Source: Clostridium sp. (GTDB taxonomy: Bacteria; Bacillota; Clostridia; Clostridiales; Clostridiaceae). From it: 64,000 nucleotides of DNA. The DNA lies in assembly GCF_051654825.1 (NCBI RefSeq), contig NZ_JBOFYU010000035.1:2081-66080 (forward strand), in the 5' to 3' direction. Shown here one piece after another: positions 20,243 to 33,115 of this stretch (position 1 is the first letter of the stretch; every line of letters starts with the position of its first letter). Made by a program: the position numbers and the translations under genes. Under the pieces are notes generated by a model. It made no database searches. It saw nothing but the letters and a program-made list of their open reading frames with translations, and was not told the origin of the DNA.

Positions 20243-21277
20243 TTAATCAATTAATGTTATTTCTTGTCCAATTAATACAGAATCTAATTTATCTAAATAA
20301 CTTAACACATATCCTGTTCCTTCTGCTACTGCTTCTACAGAATTGTGCGCTATAGTTACAGATACTCCAGTTTCTTTCTCTATAAGCTTATCTAATCCAA
20401 ATAATAAAGCTCCTCCTCCAGTCATAAGGATTCCCTTCTCTATTATATCAGCTGCTAATTCTGGTGGTGTTTTTTCAAGTATAGTTTTTACACTGTCCAC
20501 AATTAGACTTACAGATTCCTTAAGAGCTTCGCTAATTTCATCACTAGTTACAGAAATTTGATCTGGTAAACCAGTTACTAGATTTCTTCCCTTCATTGTT
20601 GATGAAGTTTCTCTAGCTCCTGCAAATGCAGAACCAACTTCTATCTTTAAATCTTCTGCTGTTTTTTCACCAATCATTATCTTATATTGATTTCTTATGT
20701 ACCTAATTATTGCTTCATCAAATGTATCTCCAGCAACCTTTATTGAGGATCTAACAACGATTCCTCCTAATGATATAACTGCTATGTCAGTAGTTCCTCC
20801 ACCAATATCAACAACCATAGTTCCATTAGGTTTTGTAATGTCTAATCCTGATCCTATTGCTGCTGCTAAAGGCTCTTCTATAAGATGAACTTCCTTTGCA
20901 CCAGAATTTTTTGTTGCATCCATTACAGCTCTTTTTTCAACTTCAGTAGCTTGTGATGGAACACATACCATTACCTTTGGTGCTGTTATCTTTCCTCTAC
21001 CATATGCCTTTTTTATAAATTCTTTTAACATTTTTTCTGTTACATCATAATCTGATATAACTCCATCTCTTAATGGACGAACAGCTACAATATTTCCAGG
21101 TGTTCTTCCTATCATTTTTCTTGCTTCTTCACCTACTGCAAGTACCTTATTTGTACTTTTATTTATAGCAACAACTGAAGGTTCTTTTAATATTATTCCC
21201 TTCCCCTTAGCATAAACTAAAACAGTGGCTGTTCCTAAATCTATACCTAGGTCAGTTCCTTTTCTCCAAAACCACAT
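20243..21277 (-). CDS. mbl: MreB-like rod shape protein Mbl
   Basis: GIDLGTA, EEPLAAAIG, VDIGGGTT, LMTGGGALL; follows spoIIID. Confidence 0.9.
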   Translation of the reverse strand: MWFWRKGTDLGIDLGTATVLVYAKGKGIILKEPSVVAINKSTNKVLAVGEEARKMIGRTPGNIVAVRPLRDGVISDYDVTEKMLKEFIKKAYGRGKITAPKVMVCVPSQATEVEKRAVMDATKNSGAKEVHLIEEPLAAAIGSGLDITKPNGTMVVDIGGGTTDIAVISLGGIVVRSSIKVAGDTFDEAIIRYIRNQYKIMIGEKTAEDLKIEVGSAFAGARETSSTMKGRNLVTGLPDQISVTSDEISEALKESVSLIVDSVKTILEKTPPELAADIIEKGILMTGGGALLFGLDKLIEKETGVSVTIAHNSVEAVAEGTGYVLSYLDKLDSVLIGQEITLID

Positions 21278-21390
21278 TCCCTTCACTCCTACTTAATTAT
21301 TAATACACTTACGAAATTTTACAAATTTCTTTATATTATTTAATTATATATGGAATATGATAATGATTCAATATTTACCATAACAAACTT

Positions 21391-21642
21391 TTAATCAACA
21401 GCCTTATATTTTAACTTGGTAGCTTTTCCACCTCTGATATGCCTTTCAGCCTTATTCAATTCTAATATTGAATGTGTTTGTTCTGCTATAACAGGGTTAA
21501 TTTTAGGCAATCTTTCAGTCATGTCCTTATGAATTGTACTTTTACTTACACCAAATACCTTTGCAGTTTTTCTTATTGTATCTTGAGAATCTATTATGTA
21601 TTGAGCTACCTCTAATACTCTCTCTTCAATATAATCTTTCAA
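21391..21642 (-). CDS. spoIIID: Sporulation transcription regulator SpoIIID
   Basis: YIEERV...TIRKTAKVFGVSKSTIHKDMTERL...RHIRGGKATK. Confidence 0.96.
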   Translation of the reverse strand: MKDYIEERVLEVAQYIIDSQDTIRKTAKVFGVSKSTIHKDMTERLPKINPVIAEQTHSILELNKAERHIRGGKATKLKYKAVD

Positions 21643-21745
21643 AATACTCCCTCCTTAAATTACATATTAATTAATATTCCTAGTTTTTTATAAAATATAC
21701 TTTTTTATTCACCAGCTATACTTATGTATAGCTGGTGAAATTAAA

Positions 21746-22516
21746 TTATTCTTTTACTTTATAAGTAAAATAAGTTGTTGGATCTAAATCTTTACCATTA
21801 GAATCTTGAACTTGTAAATTCATATGTTCACCGAATTCTTTGTTAGAGAATATTTTTGAACTATTTCCTACAGCTCCTATAACAGTTTCCTCTGTTACTT
21901 TATCTCCAACCTTTACTAATATCTCATCACTTAAGTTACAATACTTTGTATTTATTCCATTAGCATGAGCTATTACTACGTAATTACCTTCTTCAGATTT
22001 GTTGGAAACTTCTTTTACTTCTCCAACAGCTGCTGCCTTTACTTCTGTTCCGACTTTAGCTCCAATATCTATTCCTCTAATATTCCTTCTTGTTCCATCT
22101 TTCATTTCTTTTGGTTGAGGATATGAATACACTCTGCTTATTTCACCGTCTACAGGGTTAATAAACTTAACTTCAGTAGTTGTTCCTGCTGCAACATTAA
22201 CATCTTCTTCTACAGCCACCTCATCTTCAGTTGCTGTTTCTGTTGCCACTTCCTCTTCTACTTCTGCTTGTGCAACTTCTTCTTCTACTTCACCTTGAAC
22301 TCTATCTGCATTTTGTTTTTGAGCCTCTGAAGTATTTTTTTCATCCACATTTAAAGTGAATTCCTTTTCTGGATTATTAGCTTGCTCCTTTGTGTTATTA
22401 TTTTTTGTTGTTACAACTGCAATAGTTGCTACTACACATAAGCAAATGAATAGAATTAAATAAAAGCCCTCCTTTCTGAAAAAGTCTTTTACCTTGTTTT
22501 TCTTATTTTGGTCCAT
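21746..22516 (-). CDS. spoIIQ: SpoIIQ-like M23/LytM-domain membrane protein
   Basis: N-terminal TM, acidic linker, M23 fold; lies between spoIID and spoIIID; SigF-type promoter. Confidence 0.75.
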   Translation of the reverse strand: MDQNKKNKVKDFFRKEGFYLILFICLCVVATIAVVTTKNNNTKEQANNPEKEFTLNVDEKNTSEAQKQNADRVQGEVEEEVAQAEVEEEVATETATEDEVAVEEDVNVAAGTTTEVKFINPVDGEISRVYSYPQPKEMKDGTRRNIRGIDIGAKVGTEVKAAAVGEVKEVSNKSEEGNYVVIAHANGINTKYCNLSDEILVKVGDKVTEETVIGAVGNSSKIFSNKEFGEHMNLQVQDSNGKDLDPTTYFTYKVKE

Positions 22517-22535
22517 AATCAACACCTCCTTTTTG

Positions 22536-22564
22536 TATTCTTGCCCGTTCTTCTAAATTAATAC
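22536..22564 (-). promoter_or_regulatory. SigF/SigG-type promoter of spoIIQ
   Basis: GTATT-14 nt-GGCAAGAATA. Confidence 0.65.
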
Positions 22565-22686
22565 ATTTATGAAATTATTTATTTACCCTAAATTTCTACA
22601 TATATTGCAATAATAGAAAAAGTCTATAGGTTTCCCTATAGACTTTTAATTTAAAACTTATTATATTCTCTCTATGTCTTACTTAT

Positions 22687-23760
22687 TTAGTTATTACTAC
22701 TAAACTTTAAATCCTTTATTTTTACTCCTGTATAATAATGAGTTAATATCTCCTCATAACCTTTTCCTTCTTTAGCCATAACATTAGCGCCCCATTGACT
22801 CATTCCAACACCATGTCCATACCCCTTACATTTAAAAATAATATCCGAATCAGTTATCGTATATTCAAAATTAGTTGAATTTAACTTTATTAAGTATCTA
22901 AAATCAGTTCCTTTAATTGTCTCTTTTCCTAATCTTATTTTCTTAACTCCACCTGATTCACTTCTTTCTACGATTTCAATGTTTGATGATAAACTATCCT
23001 TTGATAAATTTGCATTAGGATAACTTGAATTTACGCTATTAATAAATTCATCTATAGGTATAGGTAGCTCACTAGTATATTTAGGTGCAACTTCTTCCCC
23101 CTTGCTTTCCTTTGATACCAAGTATGGAACTTCATTCGAAAAAACATCTACAGCATTTTCAGTTTTACCTGAACTAGTTGAGAAAAATTGAGGATACATA
23201 ACTAATTCCTTTTGATAAGTTAATACCTTTCCCTTTGTAGTATTAACAGCCTCTTCAATTTTACTCCAATTGCTATTTGCATCCTTCTCTGTCCACTTAG
23301 CTAATCGCTCTTCTTTACCTATATAAACTTGACAATGAGTTGTATCACATATTTCTGCTCCTTTTTCATTTGCAACATTACAAGGCTTTATCTTCTTACT
23401 AGATAAATACGTTCTTGCAGATATAGATTGTGCCTTTAATGCCTCTAATTCAAAGCTAACTGGCATTTCCCCTGATACAACACTCATTATATATTCTTCC
23501 ATAGGTACTTCAACAACCTTATCTTCAGCTGTAATTAATACTTTCACTGTTTCATTTGATTTTATTTCAATAAATGTTTCTTCAGCTTCTTCTGAATCTT
23601 CTGTTGTTACCTCAGGCTCTTTTGCTACGTCAATACTCTCATTATTCTCTGTAGAAGAATTAATAATCATCATAGGTATTGATACCATAAAAAATAATAC
23701 CAACACACTAATACTTAAAAGTAAACATAATTCTTCAAGTACATTCCTTCTTGCTTTCAT
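22687..23760 (-). CDS. spoIID: Stage II sporulation lytic transglycosylase SpoIID
   Basis: EALKAQ..SARTY, CDTTHCQVY, GYGHGVGMSQWGAN. Confidence 0.95.
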   Translation of the reverse strand: MKARRNVLEELCLLLSISVLVLFFMVSIPMMIINSSTENNESIDVAKEPEVTTEDSEEAEETFIEIKSNETVKVLITAEDKVVEVPMEEYIMSVVSGEMPVSFELEALKAQSISARTYLSSKKIKPCNVANEKGAEICDTTHCQVYIGKEERLAKWTEKDANSNWSKIEEAVNTTKGKVLTYQKELVMYPQFFSTSSGKTENAVDVFSNEVPYLVSKESKGEEVAPKYTSELPIPIDEFINSVNSSYPNANLSKDSLSSNIEIVERSESGGVKKIRLGKETIKGTDFRYLIKLNSTNFEYTITDSDIIFKCKGYGHGVGMSQWGANVMAKEGKGYEEILTHYYTGVKIKDLKFSSNN

Positions 23761-23849
23761 AGTGCTCCTCCTTTTAAGCTTGTACATTTTAATATATGTT
23801 TACTTATTCAAAATATACTTTATTTTAGATTTTTTATGTTAACATTAAT

Positions 23850-23890
23850 TTCAATAAAAGGCTTAGATAAAATCTAAGCCTTTTATTGAA
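23850..23890 (-). terminator. Terminator after murA
   Basis: TTCAATAAAAGGCTTAGAT/ATCTAAGCCTTTTATTGAA inverted repeat. Confidence 0.75.
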
Positions 23891-23913
23891 ATTAATACAC
23901 AATATTATAAATA

Positions 23914-25173
23914 TTAATTTTCAATTCTATATATATCAGCACCTAATTTTCTAAATTTATCTTCTATATTAGTATAGCCTCTATCTATATGATATAACTC
24001 ACCTATTTCTGTTTCTCCTTTAGCTACTAATCCTGCTAAAATCATTGCTGCTCCTGCTCTTAAATCTGTTGCTTTTACATCGCATCCTGTTAAGTTTTTT
24101 ACTCCATCTATTATCGCTGTTCTTCCGTCTATTTTAATATTTGCTCCCATTCTAACAAGCTCTGCAACATGCATAAATCTATTTTCAAACACAGTTTCTG
24201 TTATAACACTAGATCCCTCTATTAAAGATAATAAACTCATCATTTGAGGTTGCATATCTGTTGGAAATCCTGGGTATGGTAAAGTTTTTATATCTACAGG
24301 TTTCTTTATTCCTCTACCATCTACAATCATCTTTTCTCCATCTACATTAAACTTAACGCCACATTCCTTTAATTTTTCTATTGTAGGCCTTAAATGTTCT
24401 TCATTTACACCATTTATAGTAATTATGCTATTTGTTATTGCTGCAGCAACCATAAATGTCCCTGCTTCAATTCTATCATATATAGGTTTGTACTCTATAC
24501 CTTTTAATGATTCAACTCCTTGTATAGTAATTCTCCCCATTCCAGCACCGTCTATTTGTGCTCCCATACTATTTAAAAAATTAGCTAAATCCCATATTTC
24601 TGGTTCTTCTGCTGCATTTTCAATTACAGTTGTGCCTTTAGCCAATACTGATGCCATTAATAAGTTTTCTGTAGCACCAACAGAAGGAAAATCTAAATAT
24701 ATCCTATTTCCTACTAAACCTTTTGACTTAGCTTCTACAAAACCATGTCCTATTTCTATATCAGCACCTAATAATTTAAATCCCTTTAAATGAAGATCTA
24801 TAGGTCTGCTTCCTATATTACATCCTCCAGGTAATGATATCTTGCACTTTCCATATCTAGAAAGCATTGGCCCCATTATTAAAAATGATGCTCTCATCTT
24901 TCTAATTAATTCACTGTTAGCATCCATCTGCTTTAAATTTTGAGTATTAATTTGTAAATCTCCGCTTTCTTTACAAAAGCTAACATCACAATTTAATTCT
25001 CCAAGTAAATTTACTAATACTGTAACATCCTCAAGCAAAGGTGCATTTTTTATTGTCAATTTATTAGGATTCAAAATACTTGCCACAATAATAGGCAAAA
25101 CAGAATTTTTTGCTAAACTAATATCCACTTCACCCTTTAAGCTTCTTCCACCTTTAACTATAATTTTTTCCAT
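23914..25173 (-). CDS. murA: UDP-N-acetylglucosamine 1-carboxyvinyltransferase
   Basis: LPGGCNIGSRPIDLH, PDRIE-like IYDRIEAGT, PYPGFPTDMQ, DLRAGA. Confidence 0.97.
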   Translation of the reverse strand: MEKIIVKGGRSLKGEVDISLAKNSVLPIIVASILNPNKLTIKNAPLLEDVTVLVNLLGELNCDVSFCKESGDLQINTQNLKQMDANSELIRKMRASFLIMGPMLSRYGKCKISLPGGCNIGSRPIDLHLKGFKLLGADIEIGHGFVEAKSKGLVGNRIYLDFPSVGATENLLMASVLAKGTTVIENAAEEPEIWDLANFLNSMGAQIDGAGMGRITIQGVESLKGIEYKPIYDRIEAGTFMVAAAITNSIITINGVNEEHLRPTIEKLKECGVKFNVDGEKMIVDGRGIKKPVDIKTLPYPGFPTDMQPQMMSLLSLIEGSSVITETVFENRFMHVAELVRMGANIKIDGRTAIIDGVKNLTGCDVKATDLRAGAAMILAGLVAKGETEIGELYHIDRGYTNIEDKFRKLGADIYRIEN

Positions 25174-25194
25174 ATTATCCTCCATAATGAATTA

Positions 25195-25836
25195 TTAGTA
25201 TGTTATGAATATCATTGGAGTTCCAACAATAAGATATTCTCCTGTATCGTATTTCATATATCCAATGTTAATTTTTTTATCATCACTTAAATTTGCCTTC
25301 GCTATATAGCCATTATGGATATTTAGAGAGGTTAATGTATTGTTCTTTAAATTCTTTTGTATTACGTCTTGTACATCTTTTGAGTTTTTGTTTATTACTT
25401 TTCCTTTAATAAAACTATAGTATAATAAATCCTTTGATCTTTTATTTTGTAATTTAGCTAAATCTTTTTTTAACTCTTTTGAAGTAATACCTGATTCATT
25501 ATTTAAATATATAACTTGCACCTTAGTCTTATCTTTTTCATACCAAATAGATACATTTAACTCCATATTTGAATCCTTATACATTATTTTATTTTTAGAA
25601 ATATCTAAATTAGCTAATCTATCATCTAATAGATTAACCAACCTATCTTGTTCATCTTCAAAAGAATTCTCACAATAATACTCCATCTTAACTCCATTTT
25701 GAACAAATTCATAACTTTTAGTTACTTCATTCTCTATTTCGTTAAAACATTTATCTGTATCCCCTAATAAATTTGGAGTTGCTCCAATAAACACTAAAGA
25801 AAAAATTGCTAGTATGATGAATATAATCCTTCTCAT
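25195..25836 (-). CDS. YwmB-like exported protein
   Basis: Signal peptide; C-terminal INIGY...IVGTPMIFITY; atpC-ywmB-murA synteny. Confidence 0.65.
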   Translation of the reverse strand: MRRIIFIILAIFSLVFIGATPNLLGDTDKCFNEIENEVTKSYEFVQNGVKMEYYCENSFEDEQDRLVNLLDDRLANLDISKNKIMYKDSNMELNVSIWYEKDKTKVQVIYLNNESGITSKELKKDLAKLQNKRSKDLLYYSFIKGKVINKNSKDVQDVIQKNLKNNTLTSLNIHNGYIAKANLSDDKKINIGYMKYDTGEYLIVGTPMIFITY

Positions 25837-26016
25837 AAAACTCCCACCTTTCCTTTAGATTATTGTCCCATTATTCTAATATTATTCAAAAAAAATTAGC
25901 TACATAGTATACTATATAAATTTAGTAGAAATTTGTGATTCATTGTCATATATTTATGAATTATATAAATAAAAAAAGAAGCAATTCTAAATTAGATAGA
26001 ATTACTTCTTTATACT

Positions 26017-26424
26017 TTATTGATTTATGCTTATTGTTTCAATTCTAGCATTTGCTCTTGCCAATGCCATCTTTGCTCTTTCCACATCTATATCCTTTGA
26101 TTCTGAAAGTCTCTTTTCAGCTCTTTTTAAAGCATCTTCCGCTCTTGTTTTATCAATATCTGAAGAATTTTCCATTGCATCACAACAGAATTTCACTTCA
26201 TTATTTTTAACATAAACTACTCCCGCTGAAGTAAAAACTCTTTCTTTACTTCCATCTTCATTAGTAATTATAGTTGGTGCTGGAATAGTGCTTATAATAA
26301 TGGCAGTATGATTTGATCTAATTTCTACTTCACCATTAGTAGTTTTTATTCTTATAGCTTCAATTGACTTTTCTATTGGGTCTTTTCCTGGTGTAATTAT
26401 TTCTAATTTTAAACTTTTACTCAT
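26017..26424 (-). CDS. atpC: F1F0 ATP synthase epsilon subunit
   Basis: Last gene of the atp operon; LEIITP...ID..RAE.AL.RAE.RL. Confidence 0.92.
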   Translation of the reverse strand: MSKSLKLEIITPGKDPIEKSIEAIRIKTTNGEVEIRSNHTAIIISTIPAPTIITNEDGSKERVFTSAGVVYVKNNEVKFCCDAMENSSDIDKTRAEDALKRAEKRLSESKDIDVERAKMALARANARIETISINQ

Positions 26425-26442
26425 AATAGGTTACACCCTCCA

Positions 26443-27846
<1,404 letters not shown>

Positions 27847-28698
27847 TTATTTTTGAGCTTCTGCTCCTCCTACAATTTCTGATATCTCTTGAGTTATCAT
27901 ACTTTGTCTAATTCTATTAAACTTAATGTTTAGGTCTTTTAATATATCATTCGCGTTTCTAGTAGCTCCATCCATAGCTGTCATTCTAGCATTTTGCTCA
28001 CTAACCTTGGAATGTAAAATAGCTCTTCTTAGCTTACTTTTAAAATACACATCTAAACTTGAATTCAAAACTTCACTTACATTTGGTTCAATTAACATAT
28101 CTGACTTAGGCGTATTACTCTTATCTATTGGAAATAGCCTTTCAATTTTCACCTCTTGTTTTATAGGAGAAATAAATTCAGTAAACACAACATTAACCTC
28201 ACAAACTTCTCCTTTTTTAAACCTATATAAAGCATCTTGATATATTGACTTTACTTCTTTAACAGTAGGTATATCAGGTATTTCTATATACTCTCCTACT
28301 GTTGTGAATCCATATTTTTTCATATATGAAATTCCTTTAGCACCCGCTACTACAACCTTTGCAGTGCCTTTATTTTCTATCATAGTATTTAAACTACTCG
28401 CTATATTACCATTAAATCCACCACAAAGACCTGTATCTGATGCAATTACAATATAAAGTTTATCCGAAGTCTTAACCTCGTTGTTAAAAAATTGACTCTC
28501 AAAGTCATCTGGTATAACTGCCATCAATTCATCTATTATTTGCTGGCATACATCGAAATATCTTTCATTAGCAACAAGCTCTTTTCTTGCTTTTCTAAGT
28601 TTAGAAGTGGCTACAAGATTCATAGCTTTCGTTATTTTTCTTGTACTTTCAACTGACTTTATTCTTCTTTTTATTTCAATAAGTCCTGCTGAACCCAT
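27847..28698 (-). CDS. atpG: ATP synthase gamma subunit
   Basis: KITKAM.LVA, GLCGGFN, RQ..ITQEISEIVGGA. Confidence 0.97.
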   Translation of the reverse strand: MGSAGLIEIKRRIKSVESTRKITKAMNLVATSKLRKARKELVANERYFDVCQQIIDELMAVIPDDFESQFFNNEVKTSDKLYIVIASDTGLCGGFNGNIASSLNTMIENKGTAKVVVAGAKGISYMKKYGFTTVGEYIEIPDIPTVKEVKSIYQDALYRFKKGEVCEVNVVFTEFISPIKQEVKIERLFPIDKSNTPKSDMLIEPNVSEVLNSSLDVYFKSKLRRAILHSKVSEQNARMTAMDGATRNANDILKDLNIKFNRIRQSMITQEISEIVGGAEAQK

Positions 28699-28737
28699 AC
28701 TTCCACCTCCTAAAGAATTGCATAGCTTTTAAGTAAG

Positions 28738-30252
28738 CTATGCATCTTGTAAAAATACTTTCTTAAATTCTAATATAGTTTTATCTAATTCAGCTTTAAT
28801 CTCATCTGTAAGAACTTTTCCTTCTACTATTTGTTTTAAAACATCTCTATGATGAGTATCTACATATTCTAGAAGTTCACTCTCAAATCTTCTTACATCT
28901 GATATTTTTATATCTGATAAAAAGTCATTAACAGTTGCATATAATATAACTATTTGTTTTTCTACAGGCATTGGATTATATTGATCTTGTTTTAAAACCT
29001 CAACTAATCTCTTTCCTTTATCTAATCTCTTCTTAGAGTCCTTATCTAAATCTGATCCGAATTGTGAGAATGCAGCTAATTCTCTATATTGCGCAAGTTC
29101 AAGTCTTAAAGTTCCTGATACTTGTTTCATAGCCTTAATCTGTGCATTACCTCCAACTCTTGATACAGATATCCCTGCATTAACTGCTGGTCTTTGACCT
29201 GAATGGAATAAATCTGCCTCTAAGAATATTTGTCCATCTGTAATAGAAATTACATTCGTTGGTATATATGCTGTAACATCGCCTGCAAGAGTTTCAATTA
29301 TAGGTAAAGCAGTAAGTGACCCTCCACCATTTTCCTTTGAAAGCTTAGCCGCTCTTTCTAATAACCTTGAATGTATATAGAATACATCTCCAGGATATGC
29401 CTCTCTTCCTGGTGGTCTTCTTAAAAGTAATGACATAGTTCTATAAGCAACAGCATGCTTAGATAAATCATCATATATAATTAATACATCTTTACCTTGA
29501 TGCATAAAATATTCTGCCATACTACATCCAGCATATGGTGCTAAATATTGTAATGGAGCTGATTCAGAAGCTGTACCACTAACTATGATTGAATAATCTA
29601 AAGCTCCCATTTCTTCAAGAGTATTAACTATATTTACAACAGTAGATTGCTTTTGTCCAATAGCTACATAAACACAAATAACATCTTTTCCTTTTTGGTT
29701 TAATATAGTATCTATCGTTAAAGCTGTTTTCCCTGTTTGTCTATCTCCTATAATAAGTTCTCTCTGACCCTTTCCTATTGGAATCATTGAGTCTATAGCC
29801 TTTATACCTGTTTGTAATGGTTCATTTACTGAACTTCTATCAATAATACTAGGTGCTGCAACCTCTATTGGTCTATACCCACTATAATTGATAGGCCCTT
29901 TACCATCTATAGGTTCCCCTAAAGAGTTTACTACTCTTCCTAATAAGTCTTCACCTACAGGCACTTCTACAATTTTATTTGTTCTTTTAACTATGTCACC
30001 TTCTTTTATTCCTTCTTCAGGTCCTAAAAGAACACATCCAACATTATCTTGCTCTAAATTTAAAGCCATACCATATACATCATTAGGGAATTCTAATAAT
30101 TCCCCTTGCATACAATCATCTAAACCATAAACTCTAGCAATACCATCACCAATTTGTATTATTGTTCCTGAATCAACTGTTTTAATTTCTTTTTCATATC
30201 TTTCGATTTCCTTCTTTATTATGGAAGTTATTTCTTCAGGCTTAATATTCAT
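28738..30252 (-). CDS. atpA: ATP synthase alpha subunit
   Basis: [21 protein letters not shown]. Confidence 0.98.
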   Translation of the reverse strand: MNIKPEEITSIIKKEIERYEKEIKTVDSGTIIQIGDGIARVYGLDDCMQGELLEFPNDVYGMALNLEQDNVGCVLLGPEEGIKEGDIVKRTNKIVEVPVGEDLLGRVVNSLGEPIDGKGPINYSGYRPIEVAAPSIIDRSSVNEPLQTGIKAIDSMIPIGKGQRELIIGDRQTGKTALTIDTILNQKGKDVICVYVAIGQKQSTVVNIVNTLEEMGALDYSIIVSGTASESAPLQYLAPYAGCSMAEYFMHQGKDVLIIYDDLSKHAVAYRTMSLLLRRPPGREAYPGDVFYIHSRLLERAAKLSKENGGGSLTALPIIETLAGDVTAYIPTNVISITDGQIFLEADLFHSGQRPAVNAGISVSRVGGNAQIKAMKQVSGTLRLELAQYRELAAFSQFGSDLDKDSKKRLDKGKRLVEVLKQDQYNPMPVEKQIVILYATVNDFLSDIKISDVRRFESELLEYVDTHHRDVLKQIVEGKVLTDEIKAELDKTILEFKKVFLQDA

Positions 30253-30262
30253 GATTTCACCT

Positions 30263-30802
30263 CTATTCTGCGCTTAACATTAAATCTTTTAACTCATCTA
30301 ATTTAGATTTTACAGTACCATCAATAACATCATTTCCAACTCTTACATATATTCCACCTAAAATACTCTGATCTATAATCTGATCTAAAATAATCTTTTT
30401 GTTATACTTATTTTCTAATTTAGTTACTAATTGATTAAATTCATCATCTGTAAGTTTTATGGTAGTTTTAACTACTCCTCTTACAGTATTCTTATGCTCT
30501 AAATCAATTTTCTTCATTTCATTTAGCTTTTCTCTTAAGTATAATATTCTATCTTTTTCAATAAGAATCAATAAAAATGATAATAATTCTTCATCTATAT
30601 GACCCTTAAAAATATTTATAAAAGTTTTTTTCTTCTTTTTAGTACTTATTTGCGGATGTCTAATTACCTCATGGAATTCCTTATTGTTATCAATTATGCT
30701 GCAAATCTCCTCAAGGTCTTGTATATATTGATCTACCTTACCTTTTTCTTGAGCAACTTCATATAATGCTAAAGCATATCTCCTATCTAAGTATTCATAC
30801 AT
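30263..30802 (-). CDS. atpH: ATP synthase delta subunit
   Basis: [23 protein letters not shown]. Confidence 0.95.
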   Translation of the reverse strand: MYEYLDRRYALALYEVAQEKGKVDQYIQDLEEICSIIDNNKEFHEVIRHPQISTKKKKKTFINIFKGHIDEELLSFLLILIEKDRILYLREKLNEMKKIDLEHKNTVRGVVKTTIKLTDDEFNQLVTKLENKYNKKIILDQIIDQSILGGIYVRVGNDVIDGTVKSKLDELKDLMLSAE

Positions 30803-30804
30803 GC

Positions 30805-31284
30805 TTAATTACCTACCTTAGTAATAAAATCACCAATTAACTCTCTATTTTTTTCTTCATCTATATTTTTTTCTATAACCTTTTTAGAAAGTTCAAGCGC
30901 TAATTCTATAGCTTGTTGTTTTAATTGGAATTCTACTTTTTCTTTTTCTCTAGCAATATCTATCTTAGCTCTTTCTAAAATAATTTTTGCTTCCTTATGT
31001 GCTTCACTAACTATTTCTTCGTAAGTAACTTCTGCTTTTCTCTTATGTTCCTCTATTATTTTTCTACCGTCTTCTTTTGCACTTTTTAATGATCTCTCAT
31101 TTTCTATAGCTATTATTCTAGCTTTTTCAAATTCTTCATCGGCATTATCTAATTTTTCATTTATAATTTCTTCTCTTTCACTAATTATAGCTTTAACTTT
31201 ATTAAAGAAAAAATGCTTTAATATAGCTAATAATATTATAAAGTTAATTATGGTAGCTATAATTACACTTGGATTCATTTCCAT
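30805..31284 (-). CDS. atpF: ATP synthase b subunit
   Basis: N-terminal TM followed by coiled coil; operon order. Confidence 0.93.
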   Translation of the reverse strand: MEMNPSVIIATIINFIILLAILKHFFFNKVKAIISEREEIINEKLDNADEEFEKARIIAIENERSLKSAKEDGRKIIEEHKRKAEVTYEEIVSEAHKEAKIILERAKIDIAREKEKVEFQLKQQAIELALELSKKVIEKNIDEEKNRELIGDFITKVGN

Positions 31285-31323
31285 TATATATTTATACCTC
31301 CCTTCTGGAGTTAATAATTTCTA

Positions 31324-31557
31324 TTATTTTACTCCAACAAATATTAGAAGTATTGAAATTAATAATCCGTAAATTGCAGTTGCTTCAGCAAACCCTGCTC
31401 CAATTATTAATGTAGTAGTAATTTTCCCGCTTGTTTCTGGATTTCTTGAAATACCTTCTACAGCCTTTCCTGTTGCGCTTCCTATTCCTATTCCTGCTCC
31501 TAATCCTACTAATACTGCAATGCTTGCTGCAATTGCTCTAATTCCTATATCTGTCAT
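31324..31557 (-). CDS. atpE: ATP synthase c subunit
   Basis: GxGxGxG, RNPE loop, AEATAIY. Confidence 0.96.
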   Translation of the reverse strand: MTDIGIRAIAASIAVLVGLGAGIGIGSATGKAVEGISRNPETSGKITTTLIIGAGFAEATAIYGLLISILLIFVGVK

Positions 31558-31576
31558 TTTAAAATCCTCCTAAAAA

Positions 31577-32257
31577 TTAATGTTCTGAAACTATTTTAAT
31601 ATTTATCATTGTTAACATTACAAAAATAACCATTTGTATTACTCCATCAAATATGTCAAAATACGCATGGAGTGGTACAGGCAATCCTACCTGAGCTATA
31701 AAAGCTAATTTATGCAAGTTTTCATAAACTAGTTCTATTATGAAGGTTGCTGCTAATACATTACCAAATAATCTTAGTGATAAAGATACTGGCAACATTA
31801 TTCTTTCTAATAGATTAATAGGTAACATTACTGGTATCGGTTGAGCATATCCCTTTATATATCCTCCCATACCATGCTTTCTTATTGCATATCCATTAAC
31901 TGCTACAAAACTTATTATAGCCATTCCTAAAGTTACACTAAAGTTCTTTGTTGGGGGAATGACTCCAACTAACCCCACTAAGTTCATTAAAAGAATATAA
32001 ATTCCTAAACAACCTACAAAAGGTATAATATCACTATATTCTTCACCAACATTATTATCTACAACACTTTTTATTGATGTGTATATAGTTTCTACTGCGG
32101 CTTGCTTTTTACCAGGTTTTACTTTTAAATCCCTAGTTGCCCACCATGCTAAAATAGCAATTAAGATAATAATTACCCATTGAACCACCATGTCTGGAGT
32201 TATATCCAAACTTACTGGACCTATAGCAAAAGATATTATAGGTTTCAATGGCTCCAT
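31577..32257 (-). CDS. atpB: ATP synthase a subunit
   Basis: PVSLSLRLFGN, IQM.IFVMLT. Confidence 0.96.
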   Translation of the reverse strand: MEPLKPIISFAIGPVSLDITPDMVVQWVIIILIAILAWWATRDLKVKPGKKQAAVETIYTSIKSVVDNNVGEEYSDIIPFVGCLGIYILLMNLVGLVGVIPPTKNFSVTLGMAIISFVAVNGYAIRKHGMGGYIKGYAQPIPVMLPINLLERIMLPVSLSLRLFGNVLAATFIIELVYENLHKLAFIAQVGLPVPLHAYFDIFDGVIQMVIFVMLTMINIKIVSEH

Positions 32258-32623
32258 CTAACCACTTCCCTTCTGACTTTTTATCCAATACAATGTTAAA
32301 AAAACAAAATGACTTACATATCCTAGAATAAAAGCTATCACTGTTTTTAAACTAAAAATTATAGGAATTGCTAGTACAACTGTAATTAAAATTCTTATAA
32401 AATAAGTCATTGGATAAAAAATCCCTTTTTTTTTCTTCTTTAATACATATTCAGTTATTAGTGAATTTGATACAAAATTTAAAAAACTAATTGCTAATCC
32501 ATATACAGTTATTAGCGAAAAATTTATATCTACTAGTATTGATAATATAAGTGAAAAAATGATAGTTCCTACTAATTCATATTTTAACACTGCTATAATA
32601 AATTTATTCATTTCCTTACTCAT
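32258..32623 (-). CDS. atpI: ATP synthase protein I
   Basis: Hydrophobic first gene of the atp operon. Confidence 0.75.
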   Translation of the reverse strand: MSKEMNKFIIAVLKYELVGTIIFSLILSILVDINFSLITVYGLAISFLNFVSNSLITEYVLKKKKKGIFYPMTYFIRILITVVLAIPIIFSLKTVIAFILGYVSHFVFLTLYWIKSQKGSG

Positions 32624-32823
32624 ATTATCTTACCTCCAACTAACTCTTGTAATTATAGTCCCGAAGAATAATTAATAAAAACATTATATAAATCCAAATT
32701 TTACTATGAGATACTAAATAGGCTCATTATTTTAATTTATATTTACTTTGCTCATATAATTAACATTATAATTTATATTTCTAAATTTATAGGTAAAATA
32801 GGACAAGCCTATTCATTTGATTG

Positions 32824-32838
32824 AATTTTCTGAATATT
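32824..32838. promoter_or_regulatory. Putative CodY box upstream of the atp operon
   Basis: AATTTTCTGAATATT. Confidence 0.45.
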
Positions 32839-33115
32839 TAATATTTCCAATAACCTCTTGATAACATTTTCATTGCATGTTTAGTTATTATTATTGCTTT
32901 TTTTTATATTACCAAAATTAGTAATGAATAATTTTATTTTATATTATTCATTATTTTTTTGATTTTATTCAAGTATTTTATTTTTTTATTATTAATGAAC
33001 TCTATTTTTCTAAATAATTCATATATATATGTTTTACGATATTATATTAGGTAATATTCATAGTATTTAATGCAATATTTCTTACCTTTTTATGTGTATA
33101 TATCAACATCTTAAT

